Of a stretch of DNA of 64,000 nucleotides, positions 1-13,200 are shown piece by piece (the stretch's first letter is position 1; each line of letters opens with the position of its first letter). The translations under genes were made by a program, and so were the position numbers. The notes beneath the pieces were generated by a model that had not been told where the DNA came from, made no database searches, and saw only the letters and a program-made list of their open reading frames with translations. The DNA comes from Haliotis rufescens (taxonomy: Eukaryota). The DNA lies in NCBI RefSeq assembly GCF_023055435.1, contig NW_025964372.1, forward strand, positions 33,170,001-33,234,000, given 5' to 3'.

Positions 1-644
1 TGATTATGACGTGCTTAAACCTTGATAGGGTGAACGAGTTGTAGTTCTTCAGACATGTTTTGGTATCGATTAATAGCCAAATATGGACGTCTTAGCAAGG
101 TTGTATGCACGCCAAGCTTATGTCTGTACCAGAAGATAATGTAATTTTAAAGAGACAACTCCTCAGTTCAGATGTTTCACATTCTCATGGCACTTACAAG
201 AAGGAATATATTTTGGGATTCATTTTGCTTTTAGTTGTATCAAAATTTACCCCAAAACGTAAACTTTGAGGTGTTAGTAAAACAGCTTTTTCAAATCCAG
301 ATTTGTTTGCACCTGCTGGATGAATAACTTCTGCTGTAGTTGTATGAATCAGAAGGAAATGTTATGTTGAAGTAGCCACTGACATTACACTCAGTCTATC
401 AAACTGTTATTGATTTTATCATTGAACCTATGAGGAAGTGTTTGAGAAATAATTAGCTTGAAAGATGTATAGCCTAAATGACTAAAGATAAGGTCTTTAT
501 ATGAAAAGGCATAGGGATATCAACCGGAATCAATACATTTTGCATCAACTCCATGTATGGTGGCATTCTTTTCACTGAAATAAATGTTTACCTTACATAA
601 TAGATAAAAACTTGTCTCTTTTTTACCTCACTATGGTACAGTAG

Positions 645-708
645 ACACCCACCCACCCGCTCACTCTCACTCACTCACTCACACAGCCACTCAGCCACAC
701 ACACACAC
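645..708. repeat. Compound microsatellite (CACC/CACT/CA)
   Basis: Directly visible short tandem repeats. Confidence 0.8.
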
Positions 709-799
709 CGCTGAAGATAACATTGTCTTCAAGACATAAACCTTACAACCCCCAGTGACCAAATGGAACACCCCACTTCACACGAGACTGTTTCAGGTG

Positions 800-1075
800 A
801 CATGTTTTCACTTGCGGATGTCCGACCACACTTGAACTGGCCATGCCAGTGTTTAACAACGTCATATGATGGGGCATCTTCCCCATAAGTTGCTTTCATT
901 TCATCGAAAGTTTCTCTTGGTGTGCGACCTTTCAAATATAAAAACCTAATCACTGCTCGGTATTCTACTGGCTCAATTGTCACACCCTACTCGATCATAA
1001 CACCTGTAAAAGTGGTAAGATTAATAGTTCGGTGCTGCAAATTCAGATATAAGCCATAGATACATGTATCATTAC
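800..1075 (-). mobile_element. Truncated mariner (Mos1-like) transposase 5' fragment
   Basis: ORF 729-983(-) starts EYRAVIRFLYLKGRTPRETFDEMKATYGEDAPSYDVVKHWHGQFKCGRTS, typical of the first HTH of mariner transposases. Similarity ends after GRTS; no DDD domain. Boundaries approximate. Confidence 0.8.
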
Positions 1076-1205
1076 ACATAGTACATAGAGACGTTCGCTT
1101 GGTACTTGCGTGAACCAATCATCAATCTCGTGTGTGCGACAGATGTTGTTAGTGACATGGTGTTATTATTGATAACACTCAAGCATTTACGTTTCATATA
1201 GGAAC

Positions 1206-4200
1206 ATGAACGGACAAAGGACTGTCACGGTCGCTGCTACAGTATTCGTTTATGTTGTCACCACGCTATTTCTTCTGGAAATACTGTCGAGCTTGGTTTA
1301 TCATGACCGAAATGATTATGGCACTCGCAGGAAAAGGATCGTTAAGCAATGGGACATGTGAGTACCATGTCGCTTTATTGATTGGTCCTCATGTTGACAG
1401 ATGCAATTGTATCAAAATATACTCACATGCATAAGAACAGATACTTCTGAGATTAAACGTAATATCCCGAGTGAATGTTTGTTTGTTTGTTTGTTTGTTT
1501 GTTGTTTAACGCCGCACTCAGCAATATTCCAGCTTTATGACGGCAGTCTGTAAATAATCGAGTCTGGACCAGACAATCCTGTGATTAATATCATGAGCAT
1601 CGATTCACGCAATTGGGATCGATGACAGGCATCAACCAAGTCACCGAGCCTGGCCATCCGAGCCCTTTAGTCGGCACCCGAGCCCGTTAGTCGCCTCCTA
1701 CGCCAAGCATAGTCGCCTTTTATGGCAAGCATGGGTTTCTGAAGACCTATTCTACCCCGGATCTTCAGGGTCCTGTATCCTTATTGGACCAGGCTTTATC
1801 TAGTAAATAGTCAAGTCTGGACCAGGCTAACCAATACATCGAGTGCACACACGGGTAAAATAATGCAGTGCTTCCAACATACACTGCATTTGCACTTAGG
1901 CACTTTCCAAGCAGATTATTATTAATATTACCATTTTCCATGTTCTGTAACAAGCAGAATCTGAAAATAAATTTTAAAATGCATGTTTCCATCTAACATT
2001 TCTTTTTTAGGCAATCCAAACCAAGACAAAAAGCAGATATTCCATACCTCAATACCAACCAGCCACTCAAGTATGACAGTGAAAAATCATACATACTTGA
2101 CTCACTGTTACAAAAACTTTTGAAAACCCACGACAGACCAGGAGATGACTACTACGGTTTTAATTTGACGAGAAGTGACGAGATCTTAGTCACACGAGAC
2201 GTGATAGATGAAAGATCAGATGAATGCAAAAACCGGAATTTCAACTACGCTTCTCTGCCTACACTATCAGTCGTCTCTCCATTCCACAACGAGGCTCTGA
2301 CGCCATTTTTACGTCATGTTCACGCCTTGTTGGCCCGAACTCCGCCACAGCTCCTGATGGAGGTAATTCTAGTGGATGATAACAGCACCTTTTCATATCT
2401 AGGTGAAGACCTACAAGAATATTTCAGAATCTTGGATTCACGAATTCGAATAATACGTAACAAAGAGCGAAAGGGTTTGATACTTTCAAGACTGCAAGGG
2501 GAAGAAGAAGCACGTGGAGAAGTCGTGGTTTTCCTTGATGCCCATATGGAGGTTTGTAAGGGTTGGGCAGAACCACTGCTGGAGAGGATTAAGAATCGGC
2601 CAGCCAGTGTGGTCCAAGCGTACATAACTCCAATAGATGTCAATACACTGGCTCTGAAAACGGATGACAACGTCAAGTACAGGGGCGGATTTGGATGGGA
2701 TATGAGGTAAAGGATAAAAACGATATAGTTTCAGTACCCTTTACTTATGTATTGTTATTCAACAGTCAACCCAATCTTCATACAACTACATGTCATTTTC
2801 ATGTTTTGTTTTATTTTCTGATTGTACAGATTTATCCCTTTGCAAGTGTATATGATAGTCGCAAATAGTTATATCTTTCTTATAATGTGTAGTATTCAAA
2901 ATAGTTTCTTTACTTTGAATAGGTACTAAGTATAAATTCAAGTATTATTAATGTTCTCGTCACGATATGGCTGAAATATTGCCGATGTGACTTTAATTTT
3001 AACTCAATTACCGTTTGTAATGATATAATCGTGTTGCGATTGTTGCAACGATCCGGGGGAAATGTTCTTGTTAGAAAACGAGCTGGTCTGAACCGATTGA
3101 TGTTGGTTCTTCAACGAAACAAGTGGCACGACGACGATCTTTTTCGTTGTTCCAAGCAAGAATATCCACATCAGTTGTTTCTTATTAGCCAAGGTGCTTA
3201 CCGTTCAGTATTAAGAAAGACGCACTGAACAACATTCACTCACCTATTTTTCTGTCAACAGGTACATGTGGTTTCCTCAGCCTTTGTATGTCAACCAGTT
3301 TCTCGAAAACGATTGGGAACCGTTCCCTACCCCGATATTACAAGGATCCTGTATCGCCGTCAGAAAGTCCTACTTTAATGCAGTCGGACGTTTCGATCCA
3401 GGCCTTCAGATCTGGGGAGGTGAACAATTCGATCTTTCCTTTAATGTCTGGATGACAGGAGGGAAAATTGAAACAGTTCCCTGTTCAAAGGTTGGGCACA
3501 TATTTAAAGACAATAAGTACAGTTTTGGTTCAGAAGACAAGATATATACGATAACCAAAAATAGACTCCGCGTAGCTGAGATATGGATGGACGGGTTTAA
3601 AGACATCGTCCGATCAGCAGTGATCGGAACTCATTTTCCAGGGCGTAGCGAAGCTGACTTCAGATCCCATTTTCCATTCTTTACCGAAGCAGAATTGAAA
3701 TCCATGCAGGATAGGAAAGCTTTACGAAAGAGGCACAACAGTAAGTCGTTTGCTTGGTTCTTAAAGACTCTCATGCCTGAACATAAAATACCATCGAGGG
3801 AGGATGTGAATTCAGGCGAAATAAGAAACGTAAGGACCAAACACTCGTTTTTCATCTTTGAAGACGGTTACATAGGCACAAAAGGAAATGAGGGTGGCGA
3901 GGCTATTCTTGTTCCAGACAATACTTTCGCTCTGGATAAGTATGGGAGGCTGAAATATGAAGACAGATGTGTTGGATATGGTGAGTGGAATCTTCTGGTG
4001 ATCAAAGAGTGTCCATCTAAGGTTGGCGAGAAAGGATTTATGCCATGGACTTATGACAATAATCAGTTGATCACTTTCCATCAGTCAATGTATCTTTGTG
4101 CTACTCAAGCTAAATCAAGGATTCCTATCCACACAGGACAGGCAGTGGTACAGTTGCAGATGTGTGATGAACAAAACGACGATCAAAGGTGGACGTTTAT

Positions 4201-4216
4201 GTTTACATACGGATGA
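1206..4216 (+). CDS. Polypeptide N-acetylgalactosaminyltransferase (GT27), about 600 aa, 3 coding exons
   Basis: Exons 1206-1357, 2011-2706 and 3262-4216 join in frame through GT-AG introns (1803 nt). N-terminal hydrophobic type II anchor, GT-A motifs (EVILVDD, FLDAHME = DxH, RGGFGW), Gal/GalNAc-T motifs (WGGEQFDLSF, VPCSKVGHIF) and a C-terminal Cys/QxW ricin-B lectin-like region. Paralog not assignable. Confidence 0.93.
1477..1770 (-). mobile_element. SINE-like non-autonomous retroposon, family A (RTE-type GTCGTAAGAGGCGACTAA head, (AAAC)n tail)
   Basis: About 280-bp unit recurring at roughly 4915-5153, 5896-6048, 7384-7608, 22880-23138, 26555-26767, 27452-27617, 33790-34035, 38130-38305, 40395-40592, 43550-43767, 47758-47960, 55708-55955 and 63570-63762. 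Shared tail GCTGGAATATTGCTGAGTGCGGCGTTAAACAAC. Confidence 0.85.
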
Positions 4217-5294
4217 CTTAACACCATGAGCAATTCAAACAATGCTTCTCATCAATTTGTATTCACTTTTAAATCCTTTGCTTAAATTTTAACAGAAAAC
4301 CATTGCGGATTTGAATCAGTGACTAAAAATATCCTGTCTCTAACAAAAAAAGCCCACATCCCTCGAGAGTATTAAATGTGCGTCCCTCATGCAGATACTT
4401 CGTTTGTTTGTTGTTTAACGCCGCACTCAGCAACATTCCAGTTGTATGACGGCGATCTGTCAATAATCGAGTCTGAACCAGACAATCCAGTGATCAAATG
4501 AGGATAGCTCGGGTGCCTCAGTTGTCTTAGGCGCTGCGATTCGCTGTGCAGATTTGCATCCCTTTGGGACGCCAGAAACCTATGATTGTGGGTTAAAATA
4601 CCGATTCGCCCCGATTATGTTTCTAGGATTGTCAGCACCATACCCGTGCTCGTGGGTTTCACCAAAGTGGTAATCGTCTGAGACCTGCATCACTTCAGGC
4701 TTTCCTTCCACATTACGATTCCACGTCGTGACATATCTGGAATAGTGTTAAAAGCGGCATTAAACCCAACTTTCTCACTCACTCTTGAGAAACAAATCAA
4801 CCTTTGAAAATTTTTACTTTTTAATTACCTGTACGTAATCAATCTTAACAAAATCTGTATTATTTCAACAAAATATAATGGCAACAAAACAAGAAACATA
4901 CTGTTTTCTTTCGTTCTTTGTTGTTAAACGCCGCATTCAGCAATATTCAAGTTATATGATCGAGTCTGGACAAGACAATTCAGTGATTGAAATCATGAGT
5001 ATCAATCCAGGCAACAGGGACACGATGACATGTATAAACCAAGTCAGCGAGCCCGATCACCCGGTCTCGTTAGTCGCCTCTTACCTCAAGTAAAGTCGTC
5101 TCTCAGGCCAAGCATGGGTTGCTGAAGACCAATTCTAATCCGGATCTTCACGGGTTTCTCAATTACTTACTATACTTATTTCAATACTTAACAAAATAAA
5201 CAAATACATATTACATTCTCATTTCTATTTTTTTTTGTTACCCAAAATACACCTTGTACGAAAGTGTTAGTTCCATGCAGACCACGTGCCGTAA

Positions 5295-5462
5295 GAGTGA
5301 GTGAGTGAGTATGATTTTACGCCGCTTTTAGCAATATTCCAGCAATATCACGGCGGGGGACACCAGAAATGGGCTTCACACATTGTACCCATGACGGGAA
5401 TCGAACCCGGGTCTTCGGCGTGACGAGTGAACGCTTTAACCACTGGGCTACCCGACCGCCCC
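5295..5462 (-). mobile_element. tRNA-derived SINE, family B, with TSD
   Basis: Minus strand has A/B boxes (TAGCCCAGTGG, GGTTCGATTCC) and a (CACT)n tail, flanked by direct repeat GTGCCGTAA (5286-5294 / 5463-5471). Related copies near 21513-21612, 28005-28180, 29055-29175 and 30890-31047. Confidence 0.88.
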
Positions 5463-5652
5463 GTGCCGTAATACTCGAAGCAATATGCGGCCAAGGTAAT
5501 GTTTGGATGTGTTAATGCAAAGAGATCTGGAAATTGTGTGAGGATACAAGCTTAAATAGTTCCGTTAAAAAACGATTGTTGTAGTACCACAACTGTAGCG
5601 GTAAATAGTGTTTTAACTATAGTGTTTCAAATATTTTCACATTATTCAAGTA

Positions 5653-5828
5653 CAGTAAACTACGGTTATAACGAACACGCTTATAACGAACTAATGGATA
5701 AAACGAACTAACTTTTGAGTCCCGACTATATGCTGTAGTTAAGCTGTACATATGCTTATAACGAATTACGGTTATAACGAACTAAAATTAGTGGTCCCTT
5801 TGAGTTCGTTATAACCGTAGTTTACTGT
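5653..5828. mobile_element. Tc1/mariner-type MITE
   Basis: TIRs CAGTAAACTACGGTTATAACGAAC / TTCGTTATAACCGTAGTTTTACTG flanked by TA on both sides. Confidence 0.85.
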
Positions 5829-8800
5829 ATTACCTTGAACTAAATCAAGGGTGTGTTTTATTGATGTAATACCAGAGAATGTGCTTTATGTGCATGTTGT
5901 TGTTTTACGCCGCACTCACCAATGGTCCAGCTATATGACGGCGGCCTGTAAATAATCGAGTTTTGACCAGACAATCCAGTGATTGATATCATGAGCATCG
6001 ATCCACGCAATTCGGATCGATGACATGCTTCAACCAAGTCAGCGAGGCTCAATATGTAAAATAACTAAAATATTTAGGCGTTTTGTAACTTGTCTAAGTG
6101 AAATGTTCGTCATGGACTATGACTAATATATGAAAATAAAATCATGCAGTTAAATCTCAAGGATTGGGCACACCATTCAAAGTTGTGATAAACGAGCAAC
6201 ACCATAGAGTCATCTTTTCAGGCAATTGATTCTTAACAAACGTATGCAGCCGTTGTGGCCAGTCAGTGTCAGACGCGTTTTACCTTTGAGATATATGGAA
6301 CATAGAGTCCCCTTCAGGCTAACTAAAGAATGATAAATGTGCTGTCTTTAAAACCTGCTAAAAGGTCGCGCTACCTGTAACGCATTGCACTTAAATGTAT
6401 GAATTTAGAATAAAACATTAAAGCCTAACGACGAGTACTTTGCAGTGATGTATTGATACTTCGACAGTTAGTCATTATAAGGGCACCTGCTTTCCTGTGT
6501 GACCAACACATGGAACGTGTTCTTGTTTGTGCTATCAGATTGTGAGTGATTGCGATCGACCAGTCATGTCATGGAAACTTGTTACTTATAGGGTGTAAAA
6601 CTCTTTTTAGATCTATTAATGAGTATCAGATGCCAGGAAATGCCAAAAGCAGAGCCGATTGTAAGATTCCCGATATCATGAGCATGTGTTTATGAATCAC
6701 TATCAAATAATGACGTTCCAGGTGTTCGGAATAAGGTGAGCATAGCCTGAGACGTCGGTAGCACCCGTCACAAACACATGCAAAGGACACGAAACAGATA
6801 AAATGCAGGAGTGATTGAGTGAGTGAGTTCAAACTGATAGTCCCATCGGCAGTATGTCAGCCATATCCTGACTTGAAATGCTATATATTAATAATAACAT
6901 ATTAAAACCTGTCAACGATGGACAGATCAATAAGTTGAAAAATAGCACGTTTATGTTATGAACACACAATGCCATTTAGAAAAAGGTAAAATGTAACAAA
7001 TGTTATATTTGGGATAACACTTTCATAGTAAATTACAGATTCTCGTACTTTTGGGGTTGAATCCCGTCCGGGATTAGAACCCACACTGCCAGAGTGAGGC
7101 ACCTTATCGCCAGCACACAAAGTAAGCGATCTGAGCGAGGCCACCAAAGGCCATGGGGTACACGATACCCAAGCAGGAGGGTTTATACCATCCCTTTAGG
7201 GGAGAGTTGGAAAGCCAAAACAATTGCGGTAGCCAAAATAGGGTTGTAAAGGGCATTTATTATTGATAGCCTCTCTATAACACTCACTGGCCCAAAACTA
7301 ATTTCAAACAAACGTGACCGATCTTTTCTCATATTTGTAAACAAAGCACTCCTACCAGAGCAGTCCGTGTCAATTGTCGTTATTTGTTTGTCGTTTAGCC
7401 CCACACCTAGCAATATTCCAGCTACACGGCGACGGTCTGTAAATAATCGAGGCTGGACCAGACAATTCTGTGATTGACATCATGAGCATCGAGCCACGCA
7501 ATTGGGATATGATGACAACCAAGTCAGCGAGCCTGACCATCCCGTAAGTCGCCTCTTGCGACAAGAATAGTTACCTTTTACGGCAAGCATGGGTTGCTGA
7601 TGACCTATTATTGTTATTTAACGCCGCTCTCAGCAATATTCCATCTGTATGACGGCGGCCTTATATAACCAGTCTGGAACAGATCAACAGTGATTGATAT
7701 TGTGATCAACGATCCACGCCGTGTGGATGATGACGCGTAATCCAAGTTACGGTAGGTTTCACCGCATAACAAATGAAACAATTAGTCGAAATATGAAACT
7801 GAATACTTGTCAACTTAACGTGCCTCTGTCCATATATTGACATCTCACTAGCGATGAGGAATGAGTGAGTGAGTATTGTTTTACGACGCTTTTAGCAATA
7901 TTCCAGCAATATCACACCGGGAATGCCAGCGAGGATGTTATTTCTTTTATGCATGATGTATGATAATATAACGTACTGTAGGTGTCCCCGGCGTCATATA
8001 GAAACGTTGATGATAGTGAGTGAGTGAGTTAAAATTTAACATCGCATCGGCATTATTTCAGTTATATAGCGACGAGACCAAGTTAATATATTCACAATTT
8101 ATTTATTTATATATTTAAAAACAATTTATGAAACATATTTGAGCCAACTTTATTTAAAAACAATTTATGAAAAATATTTGAGCATAACAATATTATGGAT
8201 ACAGTCTTAAAACACGGACATTACGCCATCAGTAACCAAAGCTAGGCTGGGGATCGTGGGGACTTACAGTACCTTGGCTTCTTCCTGCATGATACCCCAG
8301 CAGGATTTACGTCATCACTTTAGCTAATGGGTGGTTGTGCACAATACTAGCCAATATTAAAAAATACTCAGCGATGAGTTGGCTTAAAAACACTGTTGAA
8401 CCACATACATTCATGTATAACACAAATATTAAATTGCAAGTGATTCCACATCATTTTGTTTGGCTAACCGTGCACTTTTAGCGTCAGTGTTTCTATATAC
8501 CTTAATTAACTTAGACCACGCCCACTGTCGGACTACTTTCGTACTTTTGAGACATGCTCGTCATTCCCCGTGTCGAACCCGTGGCACGCAAAGGCACCGG
8601 TTCACATATATCCGGGTCTTCAACAACCCATGCTTGCAGTAAAAGGCGTTTTGCTTGGCGTAAGAGGCGACTAACTTGTCCTGCAGAAAGGGGAAATCTT
8701 TCACATGTGGATACAAGCAGCAAAATTGGCACAAATACTCTCTTGATAAAACCCGTTAGCCACTGAAACAATTCAAGATGGCGGCCACTTTCAAGATGGC

Positions 8801-10280
8801 CGCCATCATATCATTTTTTGCAATAAAATCACCCAGTCTTGTCCTATTTGAATTATCTTGATGTCGAATCATACATTTGTAGCCGCGTAGAAGTTGAATT
8901 CAGAACTCTGGAATCACACAGAAGCCTCCTTGTACTATATCTAAGCCATGCAATAAACAAAACTGCTTATAGATCGCTAGGTAGGCTAACATGCATGGTG
9001 GTGGAAGTGGTGGAGGTATTTGGGGTGTAGGGGTGTAGCAGTAGAGGTAGTACTTTTGTTTTAGATGCCAGCCACATCCTCTCGATGGACTTCTGACACT
9101 AGTCCTCACTGCTTACCTAACTTTTACCTATGGCTCCTAGGAGTCACGTGATATATTGTTTAATGACACAAATTATCTAGAACTCTATGGTTACACTACA
9201 AGTCACTAATGTTCGCATTTCTGTCTGACTATACACCCATTCCTTCTGATTTTTCATATGTGTGAATAAAGATATAACTTAAATCAAATTCAGTGTATGA
9301 ATGACCAGATTGTTTAATACGTGTATCTAAATACGTTTGCCAGGATTATGCTAAAACTGTTCCCAATCGGACATTTTGAGACATCTCCTGAGACCTACAG
9401 TGGGTACCCGGGTAGGGACAGGTAATAGAGGGGTGGGTACCCGGGTAGTAAATGTGGACTCGTCCCAGCCCTAGGCCAACGCGTTACAAGCAGAATGGCG
9501 CATCGTTCCGCAGGACAAGAATTCGTACACTTATCCAGTCAGTTCCGAAGAGATGCAGAGCCGTGATTACTGCCCTTGGCGGTCACACGAGATACTAAGT
9601 TCAGCGCAACCTTGTGGCCTTATGTGACATGACAATGAAAGGTTTTCATTGCCTTTGTACAACGACAACATGTGACTATCGAGCTCCACAATTCCATATT
9701 TCAAGTTACAACAAATTTACTAAAAATCTACCTGTGCGTTTCTTTTTTTGAAGAGTGTATATGGTTTCTGTCTACACTAACCCTCGGATCCATTCCCGTG
9801 GTTCTCGCGATCTCAAATTACCCGCCTTTGCTATGTATGCTCACTCAGTATTCACTCGATGAAGGTGCAAAAAAGCGAAACGTGGTTACAAAGAATAAAA
9901 TAAGTTGTTTTCCATAAATAAAGAGACACGTATTCTTATGAAGAATATTGTACAAATGTATAGAATGAGTGGTGATCTCCAATAATCCCATTCCTCTGTA
10001 GTTTGTTACAGAAACTGTAACCGACAATATTAACCAAATAGACTCGCTTCAGAGAGTTCTCGAATCGCCATTCCGGGACAAGCCGAACCATTCGTGACGA
10101 ATGAAGCCGAACGTCGGTTACGGAAATATACGAGTGGTGACGAATGTAGCGGAATAAACCGAGCGGATCCGAGTGTTTTTGTGAGGGAATACCGGAAGTA
10201 AACCATAGTGGGGAATCCCACGTGAGGTCAGACAGCGAGGAATATTCAACTGCATAAACTTCTGCTTACATTCCGCAACC

Positions 10281-13200
10281 ATGGCGTCGATAGAAGAGGT
10301 GAGCTGTGTTATAGATTGATTAAAATTGTTTTATTACTCTGGATTATCTCCAGTTTATGTTGGTGCGAATTAAACCACGATGTAGAGTACAGTTTACTTT
10401 CAGTATCGAACATGCATGGTCCTGAGAATATTCTAGAGCTTGTTCATTGTGTCTATAATCAATGCTAATATTGTCATTGGAAACTTACAAATTAACGCGA
10501 AATGTTCGTAAGCCACGTGATCGAGCAGTCGGACACATTTTCTAGCCCTGATTAACACGACCACGACTGATCATCCGTATTGACTCGCGAAATAAAACGA
10601 ATAGTGATTAACTGGCCATATAAACAGTTAATGAACAACTTTAGCAATAACTCACAGGCCCCTGAAGCAGGATAGTGATATAACTGAAACACTGGACCCA
10701 TATATATAAATAGTCTATTTATATATATGGGTCCACTGTTTCAGTTATATCACTATACTGCTTCAGGGGCCTGTGCAATAACTATATGGGAACTGTCAGT
10801 CTCGGACATTCTTGTATATCAGACATAAGTTTAGACTAAGGTTTGTATGGAATTCGCGAAATGCAATGGGTCCGTGCCAGCATTAGAAATTTCCCAAATT
10901 GGCAGAAGTCCTATAGTAATTGCCAAACTGCCTAATAGTTCAGGTATCATAAGAACCTGTAGCAATTTGCCATTATTAAGAGTTTTGCTAGATCTATATG
11001 TTATCATCATAAGCACTAGTGGACTAAAACAGTTACTTTCTAACGCTGGGTCCCACAGTCCACACAGGACTGTACTATGGCAGGGTATGAAACTCCCAAA
11101 GATTTCAGCCAGACCACAGGACTGGCTAGCTGAAATACTTGCCAGCCCTGACCAAAACCTGCCTGCCCACTATAATCATATGTTTCTCAGGATAATTTAA
11201 CTAAAAATATGAAAACTGTTTGCTTGTAGCATAAGCACATCGCTAAATGTTAGGTTGTCTAAAAGCTAATGGGGTTTCTTTTTGGTTACATTTTATCATT
11301 CATCTTTACATGTGAAATATTTAGAATATTTTCACATATGAAATATAACCCGACCGTCGGGCAGGGGGATTTGAAAATCTGGCAGCCCGAGTTGAAATCA
11401 ACCCGTCTCGGACGGTCGGGCAGGCAGGTATTTCGAACGCTGAAAATGGCTGGGACAGGTAGCTCGGGTTGGGTGGTTCCTTAGTAGGATCCAGGTACCC
11501 ACAGGACTACCCGGACCCGTGGTTAGTCACGTGATATATTGTTTAATGACAACAACTCACTAAAGCTCAGTGGTTACACTTCAAGACTTTTTTTTTTTTT
11601 AGCCTCAGACCTATGAGGTCTATTTCATTAAAAAGTAAGCTGTATGTATTATGTCATAAACATTGTCATGCCTTAATTTGATTTCAGACTTGCATTTATT
11701 TTCCATTAACTACATATTACTAAAGCCACTTACAGCAGAAACAGTTGCAGATCCTTATAGAACATGACAGCTTGGTTATAGTAACCATTAAATACGTTGA
11801 GAGGACATGGTAGGAATCTGCCTATATGTTGCAGCTCAAGAAGGACATCGAGGAACTGAGGAAGTTTGAGAATGATTCGACACGACCGCGCGTCCAGAAG
11901 GCACTGTCCGTGGAGATTCGTAAGATCGAGTCGATGATTTCTCTGCAAGAAAACCCTACCCCAGTCAACACAGTTGCTCCGCAGTCCAGTGTCCGACAAG
12001 AGGTCAGCATTTACACTGAGCCGATCAAAAAGTACGGTGAGTTTATGGTGTATCATGGGATGGTAGGGTAGCTTATTGGTGAAAATTGGACGCAACTCTG
12101 CATAGCAAATCATGGCGCCTTAGACGACTGGGTTGTCCGTGCCCTCGGTAAAGAAATGAAGTCAAACTGTTTTAGAAAGTTGATATTTCTGATTGGCTCG
12201 AGAACCAACGTTAGAAATTAGCACTAGTCCTGTTGTCTTTGCCAAGCTGCCCAATAGTTAAGGTATCATAAGGACTAGTCGAAATTTGTCCTTATCATTA
12301 TAAGGACTAGTGGACTAAAACTGTTAGTTTCTGAGAACCCTGGCATTCTTCATTCAGACAGGGTTGTCAAAGGTCGCTCAGGGTTCACATGACACGACCA
12401 CCTGTGGAGGTGGCTTCAGGTCTTCTTGCAAAGAGGTTTCAGATTAAGAGATATGATTTATGAGATTGCTTCATACATCTTTGTAATGATGAATAACACA
12501 GTCAATACTTCACACCATTAGCCGACCGCAACTGTGGTGTCTTGGATAGAGTCTCTGCCTAGAGAGCTGAAGGTCATTGGTGCGATCCCCGTCCTCATAA
12601 TACCAAAAAATAATATTAAAAGATGGTACTTTTTGTTACCCTGCCTGACATTCACTTGTCAGCATGGAGTCAGTATACTGTGTTAGAGTAGGTTATCTAT
12701 GTTAAAACCTGCTACAAGTCATAATTACTTCTGACTTTTATATGTTTGAGTGAAGACAAAGCTTCTAGGTTTGTCAGCACCATACCCGTGCTCATGGGTT
12801 TCACGGAAGTGGTAAACGTCTGAGACCTGCATTTCTTCGGGTTTTCCTAGTACACTTAAACTTGGACTGAAGTCCCTGGTTCCAATATGAATTTGAAAAA
12901 TACTCTTAAAGAACTGAGGTGTATTGTTTTCCTCAGCTCTTGTGTGGTCAGAATGCAATACTATTGCAATAGTGTTGGCTACTATTTGAACTATGGTTGG
13001 GTTTGGTAACTCAGGTACTCGGGTCGGGTATGTACTGAGTAGGACCCGATTACCCACAGGACTACCCGGACCCGTGGTTAGTCACATGATATATTGTTTA
13101 ATGACAAACACTCACAGTGGCTATACCACAGGTGGCTGATGTTCGCAATTCTTTCTGACGATGCTCACATTCCTTGGATATGTTTGGTTAAAGTTATAGC

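Noticed and set aside
5390-5462. Functional tRNA gene
   Set aside because: It is the head of a SINE with body, (CACT)n tail and TSD.
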